A DNA stretch of 64,000 nt from Octopus sinensis. Taxonomy: Eukaryota. Each line of letters starts with the position of its first letter. The first letter of the stretch is position 1. Below are positions 27,487-40,398 of the stretch, piece after piece. The stretch is from positions 11,594,001 to 11,658,000 of the forward strand of contig NC_043021.1 of NCBI RefSeq assembly GCF_006345805.1, read 5' to 3'. Both the position numbers and the translations under genes were made by a program. The notes under the pieces are model-generated. The model was not told the origin of the DNA and made no database searches. It saw nothing but the letters and a program-made list of their open reading frames with translations.

Positions 27487-27488
<2 letters not shown>
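26752..27488. repeat. Four-copy ~125-130 bp tandem repeat; the first copy carries a MITE
   Basis: Unit gtgtgtagttttgtaaggggcaacaagttaaaaaaaaaggggctatgtccaactacttagaataaagaaatcaagcttaaagtctgggagtgaataaac... Confidence 0.9.
26841..27061. mobile_element. piggyBac-type MITE family 1, reverse orientation, inserted in a tandem-repeat unit
   Basis: TTAA duplicated at 26837-26840 and 27062-27065. Neighbouring repeat units show the empty site caagcttaaagtctgg. Confidence 0.85.
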
Positions 27489-27520
<32 letters not shown>

Positions 27521-27793
27521 CACCTAACAGTACACCTCATGGAGTGACAAATACAGCAGAACATCATGAAATAAATGACAAAGGACAGCAACAAGAGGTT
27601 GAATACTGTGCTCAGGTAAGCAGACCCACTGAATCCATTGAAGTGTGACAAAACAGACATTAAAAAAAAAGAGGTTACCATGGAAGTTGGTCTGTATATG
27701 ATATGTCTACATTCAGCACCCTCTTGCCCCATATATATGTTCTACGGGGGTGGGGGGTCTTCATCTACCGACCCCATCCTCTCCCTTCTTTAT

Positions 27794-27865
<72 letters not shown>

Positions 27866-27987
27866 GCTGTGATGTCTACAATTACTTTATCTTTCTCCCT
27901 TCCTTTCTTCTGTTATTTCTCATACCACTTGCTATTTCATAGCATCACCCATTTTTATTGCAACACATATACGTGTGTGTGTGTGTG

Positions 27988-28021
27988 TGTGTGTGTGATA
28001 GATAAATAGATAGATAAATAA

Positions 28022-28059
<38 letters not shown>

Positions 28060-28060
28060 T

Positions 28061-28125
<65 letters not shown>

Positions 28126-28154
28126 ATAGATAGACAGACAGACAGAAAAATAGA

Positions 28155-28198
<44 letters not shown>

Positions 28199-28218
28199 TA
28201 GATTGATAGAGAGATTAG

Positions 28219-28258
<40 letters not shown>

Positions 28259-28269
28259 GACAGACAGAC

Positions 28270-28328
<59 letters not shown>

Positions 28329-28353
28329 TAGATAGATAGATAGATAGACAGAC

Positions 28354-28384
<31 letters not shown>

Positions 28385-28460
28385 TAGATAGATAGATAGA
28401 CAGATAGGTAGGTAGGTAGGTAGGTAGGTAGATAGATAGATAGATAGACAGACACACACA
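27988..28460. repeat. (GATA)/(GACA)/(GGTA) tetranucleotide array
   Basis: Direct inspection. Confidence 0.95.
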
Positions 28461-29025
28461 CACACGCATGCACATACATCTCTTTTCTTATCCTCGTATT
28501 GATTGGACAACTTTCACAGAATCTCAACACTTCTTTGCAATGCTTCATCATCATCATCACACACACACACACACTCACACACACATGCACAGCAATAGAG
28601 AGGCAATCCAGTGCTCTTTGCTATAATTATGATGTAATGATATTCAGCCAACTTCTACAATGGGGGATAATCTTCATACAATAAGGAGTCAAATACAAAG
28701 AGGCCTGTCAGAGCCACTCCCAGTTTCGGTGAGGCTGACTAAGACAGGCCAAGGAGTTTACAACAGAGCCATTCTTTCTTTTGTTCTTCAACTTGTTTAA
28801 ATCATTTGACTGTGGCCATACTGGAGCACCGCTGTGAAGTGTTTTCGTCCAACAGTTCAGCCCCAGGACTTATTCTTTGTAAGCCTAGTAATTATTCTAT
28901 AGGTCTCTTTACCAAACCCTTAAGATACAGGGATGTAAACACAACAACAAAAGTTGTCAAATAATAATGGGGGTACAAAACCATACACAAACACACACAC
29001 ACAGATATATATATATATATATATA

Positions 29026-29065
<40 letters not shown>

Positions 29066-29133
29066 TAAAAATTAATATTATCAAATAGTGATCTCTCATA
29101 TTGTTTATATATATATATATAATATATATATAT

Positions 29134-29174
<41 letters not shown>

Positions 29175-29274
29175 TTAATCCAAACATGAAAACACAAAGA
29201 GAAAACACAGCAACGCGAGGACGTGGAACAAATATAGTATTATTGGACGTTCAGGAAGGAAGGGAAGAAGGAGG

Positions 29275-29309
29275 GTTTAACGTTTTGAATGGAGCTCTTC
29301 ATCAGAAAC
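29275..29309 (-). ncRNA. Degenerate minimal hammerhead motif, same family as 10611-10645 (relic spans ~29165-29375)
   Basis: Minus strand GTTT-CTGATGA-A-GAGC-TCC-ATTC-AAAA-CGT-T-AAAC; GAAA lost by a CpG-type change. Flanks align with 10545-10745. Confidence 0.55.
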
Positions 29310-29462
29310 ATAGGAAAAGGAATGATCCAGAGAAGGGAAGATGGAGGATAAAAATCGCCAACAGTACACACGCAGTCAGAAGTATACATACATACATACA
29401 TACATACATACATACATACATACATACATACACAGACACACACATATGCACATATATATATA

Positions 29463-30210
29463 CAGGGTGCAATTGTAGAGTGTCACCAATTTATATTTTC
29501 AATCTACGGACAGTGCAATCTCAGGACATGTTCCTAGAGAGTGATAAAAATCAAATATCCACTCAATATCATGGTGTTTGGCATGACCACTAGTGATGGT
29601 GACGTTATGCCTTCATTCCTCTTCCCACACAGCCTCAGATTCAACACAGAGGCCTACATCAAGTGCCTGGCGGAGGTAGTACTGCCCTGGGTCAAGAGGG
29701 TGGCTGCTGGAAGACCCTATGTCTGGCAACTGGACTCTGCACCATGCCACACAAGCAGGAGAACCCAGTCATGGCTGTCAGATAATTTCTGCAACCGCAT
29801 CATCCCTAACATCTGGCCACCTAACTCCCCAGACTGCAACCCCTTTGATTATCATGTGTCGGCTGCAGGTGAGTGAGAGACCAACAAAACTCCTTGTAAC
29901 ACCAAAGATGAACTAAAGGCAAGGATTATGGCAGCATTCACCAACTTAAACAAAGAGACTGTCCAGAAGAGTTACAGGAGATCCCAAAGTTATCTGGAAG
30001 CCGTGGTTGAAGCCAATGGTGATTTATTGAATAAATTTACTCTTTAGTATTTCAAGATATTACGGAGATGTACTTGCATAGCAAGTGATTTGATCTGAGA
30101 TCGTGTGCTGAAACGAAACACTTTCCACGCTGCAATTGTTTATTTCAAGATATTTTCATGTAATTTTGGTAAACATATCTGTTAAAATGTGATGTCCATA
30201 TTATTTTCAT
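29463..30210 (+). mobile_element. Internally deleted DD37D (maT-type) transposon with the C-terminal half of the catalytic domain
   Basis: ORF 29541-29876 reads ...VWQLDSAPCHT...IWPPNSPDCNPFDY, with 37 residues between the two Asp. The 5' end is TA|CAGGGTG. Confidence 0.85.
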
Positions 30211-30557
30211 TTTTGCATATACATAATATATATATATAAGAATCTTGCTTCCCAACCACATGGTTCCAGGTTCAGTTCCACTGCATAGCACCATAGGCAA
30301 GTGTCTTCTATTATAGCCTTGGGCTGACCAAGGCCTTGTGAGTGGATTTGGTAGACGGAAACTGAAAGAAGCCCATTGTATACATACATATATATATATA
30401 TATTTGAGTAGTTGAATGAATTATCTTATTATGGATAATTCGGTTAACCGATACCTAGGTAGCAAATTCACGTCAGAAAAACACGGTTGAAGCTACATGC
30501 CTAGGGCAGAGATCACGTGCTTTCGTGTGGAAACTTGTGTGTTTTTTAAATACAAAT

Positions 30558-30626
30558 AATGAAAGAATGGAGTTGAACGACAAATTAACAAAATTTTGTT
30601 AATTCGTCGTTCAACTCCATTCTTTC

Positions 30627-30629
<3 letters not shown>
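30558..30629. repeat. 72-bp palindrome with no spacer and 1 mismatch
   Basis: aatgaaagaatggagttgaacgacaaattaacaaaa|ttttgttaattcgtcgttcaactccattctttcatt. Confidence 0.9.
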
Positions 30630-30687
<58 letters not shown>

Positions 30688-30957
30688 TATGTTTGTGTAT
30701 CTGTGTTTGTCCAGTCCCACCATCGCTTGACAATCTATGTTGATGTGTTTATGTCCCCATAACTTCGCAGTTAAAAAAAAAGTGACTGATAGAGTAAGTA
30801 CTAAGGCTTACAAAGAATAAGTTCTGGGGTCAATTTGTTCGACTAAAAGGCGGTGCTCCAGCATGACTGCAGTCAATTCACTAAAACAAATAAAAAAATA
30901 AAAGAATATATGTGTATATATATACATATATATGTGCATTTGGTAGGTAGTGGGTAG

Positions 30958-31290
30958 CGATTTTCTTCACTACTTCAAGGAGTGATGACCCTGCCTGACA
31001 CAAGTCCCGGGCTCAGCTGGCTCTGGCTGACAGTATCCGGTATGGGCCCCTATCCAGGGTTATGGAAAGGAGACAACCTTCAAAGAAATCCGGAGTGGAG
31101 ACCTATAGGTGGTTTAGTGTTCGACTCGACACTCTACCAGCAGCTCTTGCAACCAAGCTGGTGCCAAACGTAATGCTCTGCACTCCTTTGGACTACGTCA
31201 GCAAGGTCAAGAGAGGAAATCCTGACGATTGGGCTACCCAGGATTTTCCTACATCTAGCTCAGGCCTGCGCAGAACTGGAAAGGAAACTG
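30958..31290 (+). mobile_element. GC-rich repeat fragment, possibly an RTE 5' leader
   Basis: GC-rich island (ccaagctggtgccaaacgtaatgc...cctttggac...gagagg..cctgacgattgggc..cccagg) that I recall from RTE 5' UTRs. No ORF support. Confidence 0.3.
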
Positions 31291-31984
31291 GAGAGGACAT
31301 GAAATGTAAAAACCAGACTGGATTAGTTTATGCGCAACTCCATTGTCTCCCGAGACAAAAGGATGCCTACAACATACATGCATTTGCATGTGTGTGTCTA
31401 TGTGTGTCAGTATGTATACATTTGTACAGCATGAGTGTATAATTAAATAGGTTGTCTGGCACCTGTCATCGCCACCACTACCACCACTTCCGCCACTTCC
31501 ACCGCCGCAGCCGGCTCCATCATCACTACTATCACTGTCATCATCATCATCATCATTTGTTCCCTTTGATCTACCACCCCACCCCGCATTGTGTGGCACC
31601 TTGGGCAAGTGTCTTCCTCTGCAACTTTGGGTCCTTCAGATACCCTACACTACACTACAGGTAACATTTCAGGGCCATTTTGGCATATATCTGGGGCTAA
31701 GGCACCTCTCTTTCCCCCTTCCTTCCAACTTTTCCTTCATTTCCTTCTTCTCTTCCTCTCTGTTTCTGCCTCCCTCCCTCCCTGTCTTTCTGCCTTACTC
31801 TCTTTCTCTCTTTCTGCTCTCCTCTATTCTTTCTCTCTGTCTCTCCTGTTATATTCTCTGCTCCTCTTAACTTTTGAAACCTGACTTATTCAGAACTGCT
31901 CCAGTTTTAAGTGAGTTTTTAAGAGGAAAGGTGAAAGTGTGGGAAGAAAGAAAGTGGGACAGAATAAATTATAATAGTGCTGCT

Positions 31985-32252
31985 GCTGATGATGATGATG
32001 ATGATGACAATGACAATGATGATGAATATGGTGGAGGTGGTGGTGGTGGTGGTGGTGGGGGTCATTGCGTTTGTCATAGTCATGGTGATGATAACCATTG
32101 TGGTGGAGATGGTGGTGGTGGTGGTGGTGGTGGTGGTGGTGGTGCTGCTGCTGCTGCTGCAGGTGATGATGATGATGATGACAATGATGATGATGATAAC
32201 GATGATGATGATGATGATGACGATGATGACGATGATGATGATGATAATGATA

Positions 32253-32286
<34 letters not shown>

Positions 32287-35200
32287 CGATGATGATGATG
32301 ACAATGATGATGATGATAATGATGATGACGATGATGATGATGATGATGATGATGATGGTGACCACGACAACAGTGATGACAACGATGATGATGATTTCTT
32401 TAATAATAGTAATAATGCGGATAAAATGAAATATTGCTAAGCATATATGGGAAACAAAAGAAAAAAAAAAGAAAGAGAGAAAGAAGAGAGAGAGAGAGAG
32501 AGAGAAAGAAAGAAAGAGAGGACATCATAACAATGGAACAAAGTGATAAATGTTTGGGTTTTTTTTAATTTTTGTTTTCTTTTTGTCTGTTTTAGTTGTT
32601 TGTTTGTTTCTTTGTCCTGCTCTGATAATGCAAATCATTGATTTATGAGGGGGTTTTTCCCTGATAGTTTGGTCATTGAAGCTGTTGATTAATAAAACCA
32701 CTTCACACACATACACATACATACACACACACGCACTTACATGCACACACATACACACATACAAATAGACACACACATACACACATGCACATACACACGC
32801 ATACACACATACTCAAAAATAGATACACACACACACCAACAAACATATACATACATACACGCACACAAAAACACAGACACATAGTCACATGCACACACAG
32901 ACACACATACATACACACACACACATACACACACAAACACACGCACATACACACACACGCACATACACACACAAACATACACACACACAAACATACACAC
33001 ACAAACACACAAGCATACACACACACAAACATACACACACACATACACACAGACACACACACATACATGCACATGCATGCGGAGACACACACGTACACAC
33101 ACAGTCACAGACAGACACACACACATACATCGACTAATCGACCCTCCTGTGGTTTTTTTGTTTGTTTTTTAATTATACACCGAACAAGTTTTCCAGTTGC
33201 TCGATCGACCATCGGAACTATCTACTCTCAAGTCATTGCACTATTTGCGGAGGTGCATGAGGTTGTGAGCTTGCAGAATCATTAGCGCATCGCACAAAAT
33301 GTTAATTGACAAGGGCTCTCTACATTCTGAGTTCAAATTCCACTAAGGTCAAATAATGTGACAAGCTGTCAGAATTGTTGCCCCACCAGACCAAACAGTT
33401 AGTCGTGTCTCTTCTAGGTTTAATTTCTGAATTCAGATGTCACCAGGTTCAAATAATGCTGTGAGCGATCAGAATTGTTACTGCCCTGGACAAAATGCTT
33501 AGCAACACAAGCGCCCGTTTTGGCACTGGAGGAGGTAGTACTGCCCTGGGTCAAGAGGGTGGCTGCTGAAAGACCCTATGTCTGGCAACTGGACTCTGCA
33601 CCATGCCACACAAGCAGGAGAACCAAAGCCTTGCGGTCAGATTTGGTACATGGAAACTGAAAGAAACCCATATATATGTATGTGTTTGTGTGTCTGTGTT
33701 TGTCACCCCAACATCGCTTGACCACCACCACCACCACTGCCATTTCATAGGTGCAGACATGGCTGTGTGGTAAGAAGTTTGGTTCCCAACCATTTGGTTC
33801 TGGATTCAGCCCCACTGCATGTCACCTTGGAGAAGTGTCTTCTATTTCATCATCATCATCGTCATCAACATCATGATCATCATAATCATCACCACCACCA
33901 CCACCACCACCACAAACATCATTATCATCATCATCATCATCATCATCATGATCACCATCATGATCATCATCATCATCATAAAATGTGTAACTGGTACTTA
34001 TTTTATTGACCCCAAAAGGATGAATGGCAAAGTTGACCTCGGTGGAATTCAAACTCAAAATGTAAAGATGGATGAAATACCGCTAAGCATTTTGACGAAT
34101 GGGCTAACAATTCTGTCAACTCTCCATCTTAATATACATATTGTAGGCTCAGGCATGGCTGTGTGATAAGATGCTTGCTTACCAACCACATGGTCTCGGG
34201 TTCAGTCCCACTGCATGACACCTCGGGCAGGTGTCTTCTACTATAGCCTCGGGCCGACCAAAGCCTTGTGAGTGGGTTTGGTACATGGAAACTGAAAGAA
34301 GCCCATATATGTGTATATGTTTGTGTGTCTGTGTTTGTCACCCCAACATCGCTTGACCACCACCACCACCACCACCACTGCCACCACCATTACTCACTAC
34401 AGCCACCACCACCACTACCATCACCACCACTACTATCACCACCACCGCCATCACCACCATCACCAAATGCAAGGGATTCTGTGGTGTTCAGACCTTTCCC
34501 GAGGATATTAAGCGATGACATAAGAGAGGTGAGTTGTTAAACAAGAATCCTGTCTTCAATACAACAACAACAACGACAACATCAATGGATCGATACAGAA
34601 TATGAACAATAGCGTTGGTTGTGGTGGGGGTGGGGTTGTCACGACAATTATCATGATGGTAATGGTGGTGATGATGATGATGATGATAACAATGGCAATG
34701 ATGAGAATGATGATGATGACAATGCTGCTGATGATGATGAGGATGATGATGACGACGATGATGATGAAGATGATGGTGTTGGTGGTGGTGAAGATGATGG
34801 TGATGATGGTGGTGGTGGCAGTGGTGGAGGATGAGGATGATGATAGTGGTGGTAGTCGCAGCAGTCATGGTGGCAGTAGTTACGGTGGCAGCCGCAGTGG
34901 CAGTGGTGGGTGATGATGACAATGATGATGATGATGAAGATGACGACGATGAAGGGTGGTGGGGATGATGATGATGATGATGGGGCGGCGGGGGTGATAA
35001 GGATGATGGTGGTGGTGGTGGTGGTGGTGGCGAGAACAATGAAATACAGATGAATGATGAACCATCAAAATAAAGATGTCTTGTAGTGGTGCAACAAACC
35101 CACCCCCCTACCGCCCACCCCACCTCCACAGATGACATTGTTTCTATTGTTTTTGTTGTTGTTCTGGTGGTGGTGGTGGAGGAGATATGATATTGATGAT

Positions 35201-35900
35201 GTTGATGATGGTGGGGTGTTGATGATGGTCATATTGATGACCATCATGATGGAGACGACGATTGTGATTTTGATAAATGTGATAATGATGACAACGACGA
35301 CGATGATGATGATGGTGATCGTTATGATGATGATGGTGATCGTGATGATAATGATGATGGTGGTGGTGGTGATGATTATGATGATTATGATGACGACGAT
35401 GTTGATGACAATGATGCTGTTGATGATGATGATGACAACGACAATGATGATGATGATAATGATGATAATGATGATCATGATGGTGATGATGATAATGATG
35501 AGAATAATGATGATGGTGGTGGTGGTGGTGATGATTATGATGATTATGATGATGACGATGTTGATGACGACGATGCTGTTGATGATGATGATGATGATGA
35601 CAACGACAATGATGATGATGATGATGATGATAATGATGATCATGATGGTGATTGTGATGATGATGATGATAATGATGTTTGTGGTGGTGGTGGTGATGAT
35701 TATGATGATTATGATGATTATGATGATGACGATGTTGATGACGATGATGATGATGATGATGGCAATGTTGATGATCATGATGATGATGAAAGTAGTGGTG
35801 GAGGCAGCGGTAGCCGTCCTGATGGCGGTGACAGTGTGGTGATAGTTGTGTGGTGATGACGATGATGACGACGATGATGACGATGATGATGGTGATGGTG
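31985..35900. repeat. ~4 kb zone of GAT/GGT/CAT/CAC trinucleotide and (CA)n tracts with interspersed SINE fragments
   Basis: Direct inspection; source of the poly-M/D/H ORFs. Confidence 0.9.
33526..33622 (+). mobile_element. Third DD37D/maT fragment (~100 bp)
   Basis: EVVLPWVKRVAAERPYVWQLDSAPCHTSRR, near-identical to 29670-29765. Confidence 0.8.
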
Positions 35901-36138
35901 TTAGAAGGGAAATGTCGGCAAATCTTGAAAACGTGCAGCGAAGCCATCTTGTGCAGATGATTCATCTGAGGATGGATCAATTTATCAATGTCCATGTGTG
36001 CACCTGATTGCATGTGTGAGTGCACGTTAGCATGTGTGCGTGTGCATTTCAAAGAACACGCACATGTATGTGTGTGTGTGTGTGTGTTGGTGTATGTTCA
36101 TGTATGTATATAGTGTGTTTGTGTGTGTCTAAATAGAT

Positions 36139-36185
<47 letters not shown>

Positions 36186-36330
36186 CACACATGCTCCAGC
36201 ACAGCCACAGTCAAATGACTGAAAGAAAGAGAATAAAAGAATTTATATATATATATATATATAAATGTAAGTGCATGTGTGCGTATATATATATATATAA
36301 ATGTATGTATGTGTGCGTATATATATATTA

Positions 36331-36402
<72 letters not shown>

Positions 36403-36675
36403 GTATGTATGTGTTGTGTATATATCAATATATATATATATATATATATATAATGTATGTATGTGTGTGTGTATATATCAATATATGTATATAATATATG
36501 TAATCTTTTGATAAATATATCCTATCACCTACACCACTAGCTGGCATATACAGGTGCTTACAGTTATCAAGTATTCACCCTGAATTTTATGTATATATAT
36601 ATATGTGTGTATATATATGCATAAATGTAATGTATGTATCTATGTGTGTGTGTGTATATATGTATAATATATATA

Positions 36676-36716
<41 letters not shown>

Positions 36717-36759
36717 TATATGTATGTATGTGTGTGTGTGTATATCATATGTAATACAT

Positions 36760-36817
<58 letters not shown>

Positions 36818-36964
36818 TATATATAATCATCATCATCTCATTTAGCGTCCGTTTTCCATGCTAGCATGGGTTGGACGGTTCAACTGGGGTCTGTGAAGCC
36901 GGAAGGCTACTATATATATATATATATACTATATATATTCAAGAATAATATATATATATAAAAT

Positions 36965-36995
<31 letters not shown>

Positions 36996-37960
36996 TATAT
37001 TATATACATAGAGATGTATATATATGTACATGTATGTGTTTATGTGGACTGACACACATGCACATTCATACATGCTTACACATACAGACACATTCATAAG
37101 CACTTACATGAGTGTATATTTGTAGGTATGTGTGCATGAATACTTGCATATGTATATATGCATGTATGTATATACATATGCATGCTTTTACATTTGTGTA
37201 TATATCTATATATATATATATATATGCATATAGTGCATATATGTGTGCATGAATGTGTGTGTGTGTGTGTATGTATGCATGAATGTATGATTGTATATCT
37301 GCACACACACACACACACATACACACACATACACACACACACACATACACACACATGCATATATTTATGTTTATATCTTTACTCATTTTCCAACCTCCAA
37401 TTGACACAAGATCAAAATGATACCATATGTGACCATCCCTCCTCTTTTCAAGAATAACATACCTTGAATACATTGTCCTATGTGTTCTTCTTCTTTTAGA
37501 TTGTAGGATGTGGTTTGAGAAAGATCTTGCTGCTACTTCTAGCAAATAGTATGACCATGTAGTGACTCATCTTGTGTCATAAGTAGAATTGACAGTTGAA
37601 ATCAAAGATGATTCTAGCATGGTGCTGGCAGTGGTGGTGGTGGTGGTGGTAGTGGGGGTGGGGGGTTAGTGTTGCAGTGGTGCTGGTGGTAGTAGAAGTG
37701 GAGACAGTTGGTTATAGAGTGTTGGTAGTTGTGGTGATGGTGGTTGTGGTAGAGGTAGACAAGGTGATGGGTAGCAGTAACAGTGGTGGTTGTGATGGTA
37801 GCGGCAGTAACAGTTATCTACAATTATTTTATTTGAAAGCCTTAGCTGTGAAAGTTACAGATGATGTGAAAACAGTCTCTTGCTCTCTTAACCTTTTTCA
37901 CTTTCATAGAAACCTCACTGAGACCATCATTGCTTCTATGACTTCAACTTCTTGTTTTAA

Positions 37961-38432
37961 CCCTTTAGTGTTCAGATTAATCTGTTAAATGTAATACTTT
38001 TTTCACTCTCAAATTATTTTCAATTAATCATACATTATCTTACAGCTTTGAAGTTTCGATGGTGTGATAGTTTATTCTTAGAATGTCAATGTAGGTTACG
38101 TGTGAGGGGCTAGATATGGCCAGTTTGAATGTAAAACATGTGTGATATTTGGGCCGGATACGGCGGCAAGCTGACAGAATCATTAGCACATCGGGCGAAA
38201 TGCGTAGGCGTATTTCGTCTGCCGTTACGTTCTGAGTTCAAATTCCGCCGAGGTCGACTTTGCCTTTCATCCTTTCGGGGTCGATACATTAAGTACCAGT
38301 TACGCACTGGGGTCGATATAATCGACTTAATCCGTTTGTCTGTCCTTGTTTGTCCTCTCTTTGTTTAGCCCCTTGTGGGTAGTAAAGAAATAGATATTTG
38401 GGCTGAATATGGCCGGCTTAAACACCAAAGGG
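37961..38432. mobile_element. piggyBac-type MITE family 1 interrupted by a SINE (38162-38392)
   Basis: TTAA flanks. The SINE is bounded by a 17-bp near-duplication gatatttgggccggata/gatatttgggctgaata. Confidence 0.8.
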
Positions 38433-39441
38433 TTAAAGTGATCTAAATTAAAAACTTCTGTCAAAATTTTGCATTGATTTATGTTCCAAACACCGTTTAA
38501 TAATACCAAAATTATTTTACTAAATACTTCCCTATTTCCAAACTTAATTGAAATAAAGACAGTTTATTATTTCAACAGAAATACAGTTACAAAAGAGTTA
38601 AGGAAGCAGAAAAATATCTGAAATTCCTCAAAGGGGTTGGTTTCAAGGATAACTGTCACCTCATCAAAGAAAATACAACTTTATTTTTTAGCTAGCAATC
38701 TAAATCTCTATATATATTGCTGCAGCAGATACAGCAACAGTACATATTTTGTTTGATAGGGGGCGCTGTCATGACTAAATCTATCATCATCCTGGGAATA
38801 TGGGTTCTTACTTTAGACAGATCAAGTCACTAGCAATTAAAGTGCCAATGATATATTCCTGTGGTGTAAAAAATTTGTCAGACTTTGGAAAGGGGATGGT
38901 GAAAATGTGTGTGCTGGAAAGTGAAAGAAAAACAGAGAGAGAAAATCCAAATGAATGCTACTTACTGCACACACATACACACACTCATGCACATACAAAC
39001 ACTATTGATGTACACATACATTCACACACACACACATATGAATTATATATATTATGTATAATTATATACACACACACATATTTATACGAATGACAATTAG
39101 CTGTGCATGTCTATGTGTACATACCATTAGCATTTGTATGTGTGACAACTAAAAGATGACTTTTTTATGAATAATATTGATTATCTTCAAGTTATAAATG
39201 TATAAAATATTCTGTTTGGCATTTTCAGTCATTTTTTAAAATGTATTCAATTTATTCTGTTGTGTTGTATGTAAGTAACTAGGTACAGTATACATTGCAA
39301 TATATATATATATATATATTATTAGCTTAAAAGCTGTCCTACCAGGCGGCTTTTTAAGCTAGCTCCTATGGAGGGTTTTTCATTAGGATTTGGGCCCAAC
39401 AGTGACACTTCATGCATTGAGTACATATTAAATTTCATTAA

Positions 39442-40398
39442 CCCTTTCCATACCAACCCAGCTGAAACCGGCTCTGGCTCTGAGTACAAATGTCTTGTTT
39501 CTGTAAGATTTGAATGAAAATCTTCCACCAAACCTTAGTCACAATTTATGTTCCTAACACTAGCTGAATGATAACTAAGTTATTTTACTAAATTCTCTGT
39601 TATATTTAAAATTAATAGAAAGAAACACAGAGCATCTCAACAGAAATATGGTAACAAAAGGGTTAACGTCACCACGATATTTTCAACCCTTTTGATGCCA
39701 ACCCGACTGAAACCAGCTCTGGCTCTGTAGTACAAATGTCTTGTTTTCATAAGTTTTGAATTAAAATCTTCCACCAAACCTTAGTCACAATTTATGTTCC
39801 TAACACTAGCTGAATGATAACTAAGTTATTTTACTAAATTCTCTGTTATATTTAAAATTAATAGAAAGAAACACAGAGCATCTCAACAGAAATATGGTAA
39901 CAAAAGGGTTAACGTCACCACGATATTTTCAACCCTTTTGATGCCAACCCAACTGAAACCAGCTCTGGCTCTGTAGTACAAATGTCTTGTTTTCATAAGT
40001 TTTGAATTAAAATCTTCCACCAAACCTTAGTCACAATTTATGTTCCTAACACTAGCTGAATGATAACCAAGTTATTTTACTAAATTCTTTGTTATATTTA
40101 AAGTAATTGAAAGAAGCACAGAACATCTCAACAGAAATATGGTAAGAACAGGGTTAACATCACCATGATATTTTTAACCCTTTTGATGCCAACCCAACTG
40201 AAACTAGCTCTGGCTCTGTAGTACAAATGTCTTGTTTTCATAAGTTTTGAATTAAAATCTTTCACCAAACCTTAGTCACAATTTATGTTCCTAACACTAG
40301 CTGAATGATAACTAAGTTATTTTACTAAATTCTTTGTTACATTTAATGTAATTGAAAGAAACACAGAACATATCAAAATAAATACGGTAACGGGAGGG
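39442..40398. repeat. Tandem array of four complete MITE family 2 copies (period 245-246 bp) with a constant ~24 bp spacer
   Basis: Units start at 39442, 39687, 39933 and 40178. Spacer ttaacgtcaccacgatattttcaa, with the third ttaacatcaccatgatatttttaa. Confidence 0.9.

Noticed and set aside
31874-36052. Poly-D, poly-H and poly-M ORFs of up to 302 aa
   Set aside because: Trinucleotide repeats with no domain or splice support.
39442-40398. CRISPR-like repeat-spacer appearance
   Set aside because: Spacers are near-identical, units are 220-bp MITEs, the context is eukaryotic and there are no cas genes.
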